From Tubiluchus corallicola (lineage: Eukaryota; Animalia; Priapulida), in contig JAQGDQ010000001.1 of assembly GCA_030141605.1 (NCBI GenBank), positions 1,240,001 through 1,304,000 on the forward strand: a stretch of DNA of 64,000 nucleotides. The letters run 5' to 3'. Under the pieces are notes generated by a model that saw only the letters and a list, made by a program, of their open reading frames with translations, had not been told where the DNA came from and searched no databases. This document shows, piece after piece, positions 1 through 13,310 of this stretch. Within the stretch, counting starts at the first letter, position 1. Each line of letters starts with the position of its first letter. The translations under genes and the position numbers were made by a program.

Positions 1-3000
1 TCGACTAATCAGTTTCAGAAGGGAAAAAGCTTGTTTACCAATTGCGGGTCATGGCTAGCATGGGATTTGCTAACCAGCGGGAGCAATAAAGTAAGCTTAA
101 GCTATGTAACTTTACTATAACTCCTTTGTATTATCATACCTGAATAAAGGCCCCTTTCCTTTATTCACGAGGATTAGTGCTTAATAAGTAAGAAACTATG
201 TAAATTGGGGTAGTTTATGCGCGTTTAATATATTCTAATTGATTATACAAGGTTTTCCTACTTTTAAAATTGTCTCGCTTTCAGTGCAGAAAGGGGGCAT
301 AAAAGCGAGACAGTACTAAAAGCAAGAAAATCTCAGATAAAAATTACAATGTGATAAGTGTGCCTCTCACCCTTATTTTCTCAGGTCATTACACCTTTCA
401 ATTTCGATTATTAATGAACACAGACCAGTAGACATAACTGCTTCATTATGCGAAAATTAAGTGCAACTGCGAGTGCTTAGTCAGTGTACTAAGTTTTCAG
501 AGCAAACATCAACTAATCTGCGTCACATATGGCTTTGGTTTACTGCTAAACATCAAAAATTTCACCTCTGTTAGAGACATGGTGCATCTGCGTGCAGTAT
601 TGCTTGTTGCTATTTTGAATGTTGAAAATCACCAGTAAATTTTACAATTTCACAAAAAATAGTTAGTCTACCTGAATTTCGGCTAGCATCAGCACGGCTT
701 TCAAATTTAGAAAAGACATAATAACTATATAATATTAATATTGTGCTTTCAACAGTCATGTCAAGTTACTTTTGCTACGCGAAAAATAACAATCCACTTA
801 AGGACAACATTTATCAAAAGTGATTAATGAAATACAGCTGCAGACGGTATATACTACATATATAATTTAGCACATTTCCATTGAAACGACACACAGCTAA
901 AACGTACTTTTATGCACTAAAAGCTTGATACATAAAACACTGACATGCACTGACATTTGCATGAATCAACGACATTTAAGAAAAATTCCAAGATGAAAAA
1001 CAACTTTTTGGTTTTCCAGTAACTACACTAAATATTATTTTAAAATATAGAAACTATTGCTTAATGATTGTTGTGCTCTTAGTTTGTTTTTTTTCACCTG
1101 AAGATAATGGTGAAGATAATTTCACCATAGTGGCGTATTAAAACTGTCTGTTCCTCAATTCCTTCATTGCGGTGTTTTTCGTTTATTGATTTTGTATTAC
1201 TCGTTTACGTTATAAACTTGATAAACAAATCAGTTTCGCCGTAAAGCCAGTCTCGTTCTCGTTGTCGTCGTCGTCGTTGTTCTTGTAATAAATTAGTAGC
1301 TAGTTTCTATATGATGACGTCACAATGGACTAATTTCATAATTTAACTTTTTACAATATAATGGATTCTATTCCAATAATAAACGGCGTTCTAAATGATT
1401 TTGTACTGGAGGGTAATGGCAGGTTAATGTTGTAAAATGTTGTTTGCTGCAATTTATTTGTGTGACAATCATGTTAAGTAGTTTTACTAATTTTATTAAT
1501 TTATTCATAAATATTTATTTTAATCCGAGCGGTGAACATTTGTGCATGTAAAATTAGGCAGTCAATTTAATTTTTATGTTACCGCTAATTGTATTATTTA
1601 AATTAAGTCAATGTTTTTATTAAAATCTTACAAACGTGTTAGTTTATATAAAGTAATTATTTTAATAAAATGTCCTGGAATTTATTTACTTACATTTTTA
1701 TACTTTTTAACATAATACACTGCAGTGCCAATGTACACAACACTTATGTCTGGACTTAATTTTTTGATGGGAGTAAGTGTTTGTGTATTCTTTGCTTGTT
1801 GCCTCTCGGATGATAATAGGCTAAGAAATATAACTTGCACGTACAATCTATAGCACAGTACAATGGCAGGTGATGACAATTCCTGTAACAGCCTTGTAAA
1901 ATTTCTCAAACTCAAACACAATATGTGTTCCAAACACTGTGCAGCCTGGTGGGTTGAAAAAGAACTTCGAAACACACCCTTCCCGTTTCGTGTAGAGGAC
2001 ATCTCTCCTGGCGACGCCTTCAACACCTTCTAGACCGTTTCCTGCTTTTTCCGGAAGTGCACTTATTTTTCCAAACATGCCCAAACAGTTGCATAAATCG
2101 AGTTTTTCTAGAGGCTTTTCGTGCAGTTTTCTTTACCATAATTATTGATGGTTATTTTGATTATGAAACCATGATTATTTTGCATGGGAATTGTTCACTT
2201 AACCTGAGCAGCAACGCGCAATTTAACTACATAAAAAGTGTAGTTCCATTAAGGTATGGCAATTATCATGACGTGTGAAATCACTGAGGAAAGGATTCCA
2301 ACGTCAAGCGATTGCGTTTCAGACGATCGCGGCTGGAACGGATCAAAATTCTTAAATTGACTCCCACAGGCCTCAGATATTTGGAATAAACTTAGTGTGA
2401 GGCTGCTTGTAATAAATCTAAACCTATCTGAAAAAACCATCTTGTAACTAACGTAAATTAATAACTAATGTTACCACACACGTCGAAAAAGTTCAAGACG
2501 AAACAAAGTAGCAGAGTAGTCAGCGTATATGGATCTATCAAATGTGTTATCTTAGCGTGATATGTACAACTTCTTAGATAAATTAGTCTCCCAAACAGAG
2601 CGCTTCATTTTCGATTGATGTCTCGTAATTTTTATACAATTCTGCACACTACAGTCCGGAATCCACCTGTCAACGAAAGAGTATGCCTACTGTAGATATT
2701 TTAGCATGAAAGGAAAGTGGACGAGGATTATGGCAAATGGCAGATATTCGGACGCACAAACATACAAAAATTTCTTGAAATAAGTTAAAGGCAGTAAGAC
2801 AGATGACCCTGTCTAGACGCAGTTTTCAATACGTAATTCATAACAATATATATACATGCCAAGCCAAAATTAATGTAACCAACTTATATCAACGGCCTGG
2901 CCAATGTACTATCTTTACAGCTAAAAAAAGAGTAACAGAGAATTAGGAAGAAACACGTTAGCGGTGCACTCCTACCTATGCTTTGACAAAAATTTGGGGG

Positions 3001-4084
3001 CTACATTTAGTATGTGTAGCTGTGAATGGGGTGATAGCTCCATAAAGATATTTTGTTTAATTCCAGTTACGTTGCTAGAAAGCTTTCGCCTTATTAAATG
3101 ACATATCAAGCAAGCTTAAACGAACCACCAAGTCATTATTTCGTCAACCCATTTTATGAGTATACCCATACCCGCATAACTCAATGCTTCTGGCATGAAC
3201 GGCCACTTTGACCAATGGACGCACCAACGCAGTAGTATTTTTGGCTAGAAAATGTAATGTCGTTTAGTGTGCATGTATGTATTCAAACATGCAGGCTTTA
3301 CGCTAACAACCTAAAATACTACGCGTCGATTGACCAAAGCGATCTGTTAATGTCAGAAGCGTTCAAGCATAAGAATTTGATGTGGTAATGATTAGCCATT
3401 TATTAATTTTACCAACAATTCATGCCCGCCTTCAGCCGTAAAAACCATTGAGTAAACATCAAGTAATGAACCCAGGGGAAACACATTAATGTTGGCAGTA
3501 ATTGAATAAACCTACAGCCTCCAACTCTTAAAGAAAAACGCTCTCAAAGCCCTTACTTGCATGCCAGAGTGCAATTAATACTAATTGTCTCATTATCGCT
3601 GATATTCAATAAATCAAATATTAATGATGTTGCTTTCTCGGGTAGAAACAATAAAAAATGGTAAAATAAATTGGGCATTAGATGCCTGCGTTTTATAAGT
3701 TTTCAAATATTAATCTCATTATTACTGTTACATATATTACATATACTACTGTTACACTAATATAAAATATCTCTAAGACACGGACTAGAAAGAAAAGAAT
3801 GTAAATTTTGAGTTATACTTCTAACGGTTTTAGATCATTATCACTGTTACTGTGGCTGTCGCCATTATTACATTATTGTTCTACGGAGGACATAACGTAA
3901 GGTAATGTAAGCCATCGTCCTCTTTAATTGTGAAGATTATAAGTTTCTCTTCGCAAATTTTTATTGTACTGGGTTATTATTACATTTCCATTGTGGTTGC
4001 AGAAGCCTATAACAGAAAGTAAATGTCTTCACTAGTTAGTAAATTGAAATATTGAGAACGCTTTCAGCACTTATGCGATTTTCC

Positions 4085-4590
4085 ATCTGCGACGTGTCTC
4101 TTCCCAAGCCTACCGAAGTTCCTCTTCATTGAGCTTGGCCCCAATAAAGAGCGATTTACGCCAAGTTTTTGGTATCTGTACTGAAGGACTACATATCTTT
4201 GTTTTGTACGTTCTCAAACCTCATGTAATCGCTTGCCTCCTCTCAGTTCTCCATAGAATAGATCCTTCGAATTCTGTCGTCGGGCATTCTGACCATGTAG
4301 TCTACCAATATCACTCGGCCTGGTTTTAAGATGGACTGTAATGAGCAGATCTTGGCAGTATCTAGCACTTGTGAGTTGGTAACATGGTCCATCCATAACA
4401 TGAAATGGATTTTGCAAAGACTTCTTCGATGGAACGTCTTATTCTCATCAGACCCAGCAAACGGGTCTGATGGGAATATAGAGGAGAGTGCCAATGACAT
4501 GTGCTTTGTATACATCTATCTTAATACCGATGTTCAGATTCTTGTTGTCCCGGTCTCTGCACTTCAGTTTGGTTATGACGGTTGAGGCCA
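4085..4590 (-). mobile_element. RTE-clade LINE 3' fragment (degenerate)
   Basis: Frameshifted peptides TFHRRSLCKI..WMDHVTNSQVL, MVRMPDDRI and KDLFYGELRGGKR match the RTE ORF C-terminal region. Confidence 0.8.
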
Positions 4591-4764
4591 ATCCCAGCAC
4601 TGAGTTCTTAGTTCATGTAAGGCGCCACCTCTATTAGCACCTCTACCCCGCCATCATTACCACTACCACTACCACCAATATCGAACATTACCTCATCATT
4701 CTCATCAATAGTATCTGTAACACCAGCAATTCGCTATCAGCATTCGATATACATAACGTAAATG

Positions 4765-4883
4765 TAGCTCGCACGTTTTCAGTCTGGGAGGTTCTGAGTG
4801 TCATACCGAAGACTCTAAAAGTGGCACCTGCTATTGCTCTTCCAGGCGCTTGGCATTTCGGGTAAAAGCTGGGTAATAATAAT

Positions 4884-4961
<78 letters not shown>

Positions 4962-5030
4962 TTACAGACGGCGAAATAGCCTCATGTATGGCTTGTGTTG
5001 TCTGTTGAGCCGACTTTAAATAAAGGTTAT
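4765..5030 (+). mobile_element. SINE (MetaSINE-like core) with internal microsatellite expansion
   Basis: CATACCGAAGACTCTAAAAGTGGCACCTGCTATTGCTCTTCCAGGCGCTTGGCAT (~4802-4856) resembles the conserved Meta core as I recall it; ends AATAAAGG then a (TTA/TTG)n tail. Confidence 0.55.
4875..4961. repeat. Compound (AAT)n(AAC)n(AAT)n microsatellite
   Basis: Directly visible. Confidence 0.95.
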
Positions 5031-5150
5031 TATTGTTGCTGCTGTTGGGTTATTATTGTTGCTGCTGTTGTTGTTTCGTCGTCGTTGTTGTTGTTCTTCT
5101 TCTTCTTCTTTTTCTTCTTCTTATTTTTATTATTATCATCATCATCATCG
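5027..5150. repeat. Compound trinucleotide microsatellite (TTG/CTG/TCG/TTC/TTA/TCA)
   Basis: Directly visible. Confidence 0.9.
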
Positions 5151-5155
5151 TATAT

Positions 5156-5844
5156 ATTAATTTCGGTGGTATATATATATACGGCACCATTCACTGCGAT
5201 CTATACGTCAAACGAAAGGTCCGGACTCACAAATTTGCCATTAGGGTTTGTTTTTCGAATCGGGTCCACCGGGACGAACGGGGGCGAAAAACCTCCAAAA
5301 ATGGCCATTTTGCAAAAACTTATACCTCTTATTTCTGGAGAACGGGAATATGCCTGGCATGGTGCCGGTAATGGTAAAATAGCCCGTTCAACGATGGGTG
5401 TCATAGTCATATTTAGAATTTGCGGGAGGGCCACGGCGCCCCGCAATGAGCGTATTCATGGACCCGACTCTCGATTTTTTTAAATTTTGGTCAAACGGTC
5501 TGGAGGAAAAACGTTCAAACAGTCTGCTGGGACTCGTGTAAAAAGAAAAATAGCTCTTTAGAAAGAGGAGGAATATGGTTACACGATGACATAAGCTACG
5601 TTTTAGGACACCTCCACCGTTAGGAGCTGCGATCAGTTGATTGGAGGTTCCATTTTCGGCAATTCTCACTTGGAAAACTGATTACGCAAAGCCATCATCC
5701 TTTATACTGTGCCTGCAACTTTAATTCAGTAAAAGCTGCTGCTGGCTTTTCGTTAGGTAAATAAACGAACTTTATGTAGAATGTTCGCGCATTGTTGATT
5801 ATAAGTGAATTTATACGCAAATTGTTTTGCGGGGCCTTTGTTAG

Positions 5845-5845
<1 letters not shown>
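5156..5845 (+). mobile_element. Helitron-like non-autonomous repeat, copy 1
   Basis: Colinear with 42105-42886 over ~700 bp (shared ATTAATTTCGGTGGTAT, AAAATGGCCATTTT, CTTATACCTCTTATTTCTGGAG, CTTTAATTCAGTAAAAGCTGCT). 3' hairpin CGCAAA-ttgt-TTTGCG, then GGGCCTTTGTTAGT. Confidence 0.7.
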
Positions 5846-6010
<165 letters not shown>

Positions 6011-7509
6011 TGCATCATTACCGTCATTGACATCACTTTAAAGCGGGCAGCTGCTAGAACCGTGGCAGCATTTGCAGACTGCAGAGTGCAGCGGGTGTAA
6101 AAATATACCACGTGACCTTAATTTCAGGGCTGAGGCGTAACAGAATCGTCGTCGCAAAAAATCGCCGATGAAAAACTTTATAGCAGTTCAACATGTGGTT
6201 GAGTAGTGATGTAGTTCACATGAATGACGTCACGAACTTCTCAGGTTACAGAAAGTTTTTGGTGCACGTCTTTTCCACTCTCGTATCAGCATTTATCCTC
6301 CTTTTTATCATTAAACCGAAATCTGCCTTCGCCAGATGACAGTGATTCGGAAAAGTTAGCCAGAAATAACATTATTATAGCAACATGTCAAACTTGTTAC
6401 TTGCAAAATCCTCTTACGAGGGTTGTTGCTCTGCATGTATGCTGTAGTAACTGTAATTCAGGTATACAATGTGACAATGAGTTACAGTACACTGTACGCC
6501 GTGCAATAAACTAAACACAAAACATTTATTTTTTATAAAGCACATTTTTATTTTTTAAACGAAAGTAATCTTTGGTGGACAGCAATTAAGCTGACAATAC
6601 GTCTCAGGTGCTTACAGCATTATAGAAACAAAGCGCAAATTAAACTAATACAACAACAAATAAATCAGGGGGAAGATCAAATGAACACGTAAGATAGATT
6701 GAAGCAAAAGGTAAGGAAAAGGAGTGTTATTGTGGCGGCAGAGGAAAATCTTTTATTAGCGCTAATAAAATTTTGAAACAATTATTATTATTATTATTAT
6801 ATGGAAAATTTCAGCTGGTATTTTATCTACCCAACATATAAGAAGTCACTATTAATTTAATCGGAACAAGGACATACCATCGAAAATGTAAAAGTAAAGC
6901 AGCAACTCATATATACCGAGTGACTAATAGTCACTCGATTTTTGTTTATGAGCCATTTCACAAATTATTCACTGAACTCTTGCCTATGAGGAAATATATT
7001 TCCTGTTTACCAAGAATGTGAGTTATTGACTAAAGTCATCTTATTAGTAATAAGCATAATATTGTTCCCAGATAAGCCGCTTTCCCTAATCCAGTTGTAC
7101 CGAAACGTACAGCTAAGCTAATAGAAACCTTAGCATTACAAATGGATTATGGATTTTTATATAGATGAGCCAATTACTGATGCCCATTTCATGTACACTC
7201 AATCTCTTCTGCAGTCTAATTCAATTAATGAAATATCAAATTGTGCTGAAATGATGTAGAACTCTGTACATATAAAATAATATAGAAAATTTTGCAGATT
7301 TGAAAATTGTTTACAGACATGAATGGTGTGAGGTTTCATTATGCAAGCATAAAATTTAGGCTGGCAAAATAAATATAGCTATCACGTAAGCTTATTTCTT
7401 AGCTTTGTTGCAAGTGTATGGTGCAGTTGCCAAAAGTCCAAAATGCATGCAAATGAGTTGGGCTAACTAGATTCCTAGGTCGTCTTGCTCTTACTGCTAC
7501 AGGCTCAGC

Positions 7510-7908
7510 CAGTGGCGTAGCAAGTGCTTGTGGCGCCCTACTAATATTTTGAGCATTTCTTTCTGGGGTGGAAGAAGCCACAAATTCTGCATGTTTTTTT
7601 GCGTCTCACAGTCCGACTTTTCTTTTTCGACATGACGGCATAAAGTTAAACATTTTTTAAGAATCACCCTGAGTTTGATTTGCCATGCTGCAGCACAACA
7701 ACTCTTTTTTTATGCATTAGTTGCTCGTAACACGACAGCATTAAAACATCCAAAGAGTATGAAAGGTACAGAACACTACAATCACAATAAGACATCACAA
7801 TGATACAATCGGCATTTAGAGAAACGCCACTATTTCTCTCAACATTATCGACGTGCTAAGCCTCACAACACCCTACACACCTGTCGCCCCCACCTTTCTA
7901 CGCCTCTG
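7510..7908. mobile_element. hAT-type MITE
   Basis: TIR CAGTGGCGTAG / CTACGCCTCTG; degenerate 8-bp TSD GGCTCAGC / GGCTCTAC. Confidence 0.7.
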
Positions 7909-8439
7909 GGCTCTACATTTTATCGTGAACTTACTGAGAAAACCATGGCTGAGATGTCACAGTGAACGATTGTCGCTCGAAGTTACGTAACCAGCAGTCT
8001 GCTCAGTAACTAGATTGGTGTAAGTGCCTGCAAAGCTACTTCTAGGTCGTTTTATTTGCCTACCTGAGTCCGGCTAATCACGTCGCTCCCTGAGGATGTA
8101 TAGACATCCAAATGTGGCTAAGACAGCTCTAAGGGTTTAATGTCTCTACTTAGAAAGTTGAGTACTGATACCCACCTGCTGACCTCTGTATAAGAAAACC
8201 ATAAAACTCTAAGAGAATAACCCTTACACTAAACGGACGGACGCGCATTTTTGACATTTCTCGTTCCTGGTGCTGCAGTTACAGGTTCAATTGTCATGGG
8301 CATCGTACATACGCAGTAATTGCAAATTTAAGTGCTACAGGTGTTCCCCATCTTTTACGGCTTAAACGCTACATAACATTGTAATTGCTTTTCAGTCGGT
8401 TTGACTATGAGTTCCTCTTTGAAAATTTTCAGTGTGTTA

Positions 8440-8770
8440 CTTATACATTTACGTTGAAGACACATGCGAGTAGGATCTTCGACAGTTAGTACCCTGAAAT
8501 GCTGAGATACCCTCAGTATTTGTACGATTCTTCTTCCTTTGACCCTTCTCTTCCCATGCTTACAAGATTGTGCTTGACCTCATCGAACAGTGACTTCCAC
8601 CAAGTTTTCCTGTCCAAGGCCACGGTTTGCCAGTTTTTGGCGTTTATAATAAACGACCGCAGACCTTTCTTTACCTCATCTTTAAACCTCAAATGTGGCC
8701 CATTCCTTGGTCGCCTGCCTTCCTTCAGTTGTTTCGATAAAATTAAGTTTCGCATTGGCTATTGGATTCA
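8440..8770 (-). mobile_element. RTE-clade LINE 3' fragment
   Basis: LKEGRRPRNGPHLRFKDEVKKGL...NWQTVALDRKTW matches the RTE C-terminal GxRxxGRP...W...A.DR..W signature. Confidence 0.8.
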
Positions 8771-9569
8771 ATTTTAGCAATTCTAGTTAGTTAGTTAGTG
8801 TTAACAATAAGTGTAAATAATGTAAATAAAAGTAAACAGGGAACACTACACAATCGAGACGTGAGCGCAACCAGCCGCCTTTGTTTCTACAAATAACCTA
8901 ACTTTTCATTTTTGTACAACCGTTTACTAAGAATTAGGAATATCATCAAATATCTGACAGATTCAATGCTGAAACTATATGTCACATAACATTCGACCAT
9001 AGTGGCAATTTTACAAAAACGGTCACAATTTTGATAACAAGTTCGTTACAAAAACTCTAAATTGTTTCTCAGAGTTGTCTAACTGATCTTGGTTAAAAGT
9101 ACTTATATTTGCATACCGCATATAAATATAATAAACATAGTGAAGCCATAATCCTTTTTCAGTGCCTTGGTTACTACACGACAGATTCATCGTTTACGCT
9201 AGACAAGTTCCGCGGTCGATGTACACGACTGAAATCGGTTGAAACATCTTTAGTGTCTGACATGGGATCCCAAACGTAAAGTTAACTCCAAACGTAAATA
9301 GTTCAGTGCACTGAACCTTGGAGGTATTAGCTCCCTACATTGAATTAGCCTCACCTCGCTGAGACGAAAAATTGAAAGTTTCTTTAATTGATGCTACGTT
9401 CTGCTCTATTAAAGCACTAGAAAAACCTTTACGGTTTTACCTATCACCCTTTTCCCAAACCGAAATTTCGTATCAGGTACATGCTGTCTTATTGTGCAAA
9501 GAGCTTGTATTGGCAACAACACTGTAAAAACGCAGAAATTTAAACTTCCGCTATGACCGTTACGCGCTG

Positions 9570-9690
9570 CCATTTTGACGGAAAGTCGTTTGAAACAAAG
9601 ATAGATAACAACGGCGTAATATTTGAAAAAATAATCAGAGCATTTGCAGGGCACACTAACTAAGCAAAAATATAAATTACTGAATCTTGT
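9570..9690 (+). repeat. Old dispersed repeat, homologous to 59720-59850
   Basis: Shared ACGGAA(A)GTCGTTTGAAACAAA...ATAAC...AAAAAATA(A/T)TCAGAGCATT. Confidence 0.65.
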
Positions 9691-12369
9691 CAATCTGATA
9701 ACACGAAGAATTGCTACTAGCATAATTACAATCTGGTGCAGCATCGATGTAACACACCAATTTGATGAGCAAACTCGTACAAAAAAGCTGCAATGGACTC
9801 AATATTCAATAGAACTAGTGTCGTGAATAGTATAACTCCTATTACATGCTCTAACATACGTGCATGGCATTTAACCATTCGGGTTAAACCATGACATTTA
9901 ACCATTTTGATGGGAAACAAAAGTAGTCACACAATTTTATTTTTTAAGCCCCTTTTCGAATTTGTTAGTGTCTTCTAACTAGCGTAAAAGCTTGTCAGTA
10001 CTTCAGACGAGGACTAATCCCAAGCCCTGTGAAAGAAAGGCTAAGCCAGCTAACAAAGTCGAGAATTTACGACTCGACATCAACGGCTTCGACAACGAGT
10101 GAAAATGAGTAGTTAATGAAGACAGATAATGGCGAATAAAACGTCTTGTGATACGGGTTGGGTAACTGGTTGATGAATTGATAATTTAAGCTTTAAAAAT
10201 TAAGGCACGCATTTGCTGTAACAATTTACGTGCTTGTTAGTCTCCACGTTTCTTCTTTTTTTCTATCCCCTTTTCGTTTCTATCTTCTTGTCTTACTTTC
10301 TGCTTTTCTTCAAACTTTCCCATCGTTTACATTCATTTCCTTCCTTTTTTCCGCCTCCTTTCCTTCCATACTACTCATTTTTCTGGAATCAAGGGGAAGG
10401 TCCTTCCATTTATATTCAGACATTAGCTGCTCGCTAATTATGCCAATTATCGCCTCAATAAAAGTCAGTAGAAACATGAAAATGCGTGTTTTAATGTATA
10501 ATCTAAAAGCAATCACATTGTTAGAAGCCAACTAAAGCAATGCACAGATCCTAGATCATGATCAATGTCGAAGATCACAAGAGCTAAAACTGTGCAACGT
10601 AAGGCAGAACCTTTGTAGCGTTTCTGGTACTGGCATGTGCAAATGCTGAATTACTGATTAATTGATTACCTAGAAAAAAATCGACAAAACACCACTAATG
10701 ACCTGCGCACTGCGCAAAGATCCTGCTTTTCTAATCTAGATACGTTTTATGTCACTTAGCATTTAAAACTGTCTGAAAAATCTAAAAAACTACTGATTAA
10801 TGAAAGCTCCATTGAAGTGCCTTGAAATGAATTTCTCGCTATGTTAGTAGTATGTTAAACATTAAATCCTAACCGGAATCCTAATTACACTGTCAACCGT
10901 GAGCCTAAAGACAATGGCAAAACTAAATTTGACACTAATCATGAAAAATACATGCTTATCATTAATAAACGAGCGACTGCTTTTCAATAGCAAAATTTAG
11001 TAAAAACAATAGTTACAAAAGCGAAGCTTTATAGCAATTCAGTGAATATCTAAAAACAATATCAAGTTTTCATTTGGCGAAAACTAGATCTTTATGAGTG
11101 CTAATTCTAACGAGAATAAACATCTATAAAATATTTTCTACAATTACAACAACTTCCCTTTGAAAGTGAATGATGAATGTACGAGCTTAAAGCAAAAAAG
11201 ACACGCCTCAACCTAAAAGCCGCGAAAATAATCAGCGTTAACCTACATATCCAACGTTGTTGACCTTGATATTTCGGTGCGTGTCAAACTCGCCTTCCTC
11301 TGCTAACAGAAGCCAGACGAAGATGAATTACAGGAGTGAGTGACAAACGCAACTATTTTGAAATTACAATTTGAATGATGGAGATGTAGATCTTCAACCA
11401 CTTTCTTAAAGGACTATAAAGATTCGTTTGATTTCAGAGTGTCGCAGCTTACATTAGTGGCACTGAATAATGGCATATCTTTGTATAGCTGGTGAGTTAT
11501 TTCCATCAATTTATCAATTTTGCAAAGTGAAAATTGCAGTAATTATATTTTCAGTTCTCATTAATGGTTCAGTGGCCCAACTTGTACATTTACAAGGTAT
11601 AATCCTTCGTATATCAGACATATAAACCACTCAGCAAATCAGACATGTACGTTTTTCTGGCCATGCCATGTTTTCTGTTCTTTTCATTCACACACAATGT
11701 CATCAATATAGTAGTAGCTAGCAGTACCACCACTGTTCCTTACAGCTGATACTAGCAGTTAGTCGCAGGGACATTCGTATTGCCAGCAATTGATTGCAAT
11801 TTCATTATTTATAGCCCCACTTAAGAAAATGAAAGCTGAGCGAAGAACGCGTAATGATCTACTTGCTTTTGCTGGTAAACATGTCGACATAACAGCATGG
11901 AATTCTGCGTTTAGAAACAGTGCGTTCTGTCATCGTTTAATGTTCATGAATATTCATTAGAATTTGCCTGGTCAATAAACGAATTTTTGACATTAAATTA
12001 TTCAAACGCGGATCGCATTCAAATAACCAAACCAACCACTGTTGCGATTTTTTTAAGTTAAATGATAAATTGCAATCATCGTAGGAAATGTTGGATATTG
12101 ATGATAAAGTAGTAAAAATTGTGACATTCGAAGATGAAGACCTTACAAAACAAACAGTTTGGTTAGCAAAAAATAGCTAATTTGAACATGTAGTTTCCGA
12201 TAAAGATAAAAATTACGCCAATCTCATAGTGGCATACACGGATCTCATCAACATTGTCAACAATAATAACAAATAATCATTTTGTCCAAAATTACAGTTA
12301 ACTAAGCAATCTAAATTCACAATTTGCATTACTTACCTCATTAGCGCTGCTTATCTCTATTTAACATTT

Positions 12370-13310
12370 TCTCTACATGGCGAACTCGCGCGCTTCCCAT
12401 ATTACATTGATATAATTGTAAGCGCAATCAAATACTGGTTAAGAACAGTGAATTATCCTCTAAACTAACTAGCATATCAAACGTACTAAATGTCGAGCTT
12501 CTGGAATATAATACCGACTTTTGGCTGAAATTTATCAGAGATACTGTAAATCACATAGGATTCTCACATGTTTGGGAGGCTTAAAGTACAGAGTCTATTA
12601 GGCCCAAACGATTTATCAATTTACTAAAAGCACAACTTCAAACTAACTATGCAAATTACTGAATGGAAAATGCCACCAAAGAAACTGGTAAAATCAATAA
12701 CGAAAAGAACCAGTTGCGGGCCTATTCCAAGTTTAAAAACGTTTAGAAGAAAGTTATTGGTTGCTAATAAAAATCCGGTTAAAAGAGCAAACTTTATAAA
12801 GTTTCGTATTGGCTCACACAGCCTCCTTATTGAGAAAGGCCGACAAATCAAACCTGAAATCCTCCTTCATAACTGACAGTCATTTTTGTAATGATCAAAA
12901 AATTGACGACGAAAAGAATTTCATTCTTGGATGAATATCATTAAAGCATTATAATGATTTAAGACAGTTTGTTCTGCCATATCAGCGAAATTTCCCCAAA
13001 CTTTTTTAATCTCACAGTGAAGGAAAAGTTTATATTTCTGATGAATGTAATTAATTGTGAAATGCAAATTTAGTTTCAAATTATATTATAGACTATTTTG
13101 CAGAAGAAAAATAAGAGCTTAATCACAGAAAATCAAATTCGTTTGATAGTGATAGCGCATTATTGTATTTATGCTATTTTTTGTAAATGTGCAAATATTA
13201 CGAACTGTTTAACCTCTGATATTTTTTTGCTGGTTCAATATGACGATTATACTCAATGTGTTGGGATGCTTTGTGTAATGTGTAATGTATTGTTCGTCAA
13301 TAAACTTATT
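12370..13310 (+). mobile_element. Non-LTR retroelement 3' fragment (RTE-X-like)
   Basis: LHGELARFPYYIDIIVSAIKYWLR (~12373) and KFRIGSHSLLIEKGR...KIDDEKNFIL; multiple stops; AATAAA near 13299. Clade assignment is inference. Confidence 0.7.

Noticed and set aside
1098-1150. Possible Penelope-type hammerhead ribozyme (CTGAAGA...AAAC)
   Set aside because: The GAAA core reads TAAAA and stem I does not pair; at best a dead relic. Similar degenerate hits at ~8089 and ~10004 fail too.
1760-2138. Selenoprotein reading (minus frame interrupted only by TGA codons)
   Set aside because: No recognisable selenoprotein motif or SECIS; the peptide looks random.
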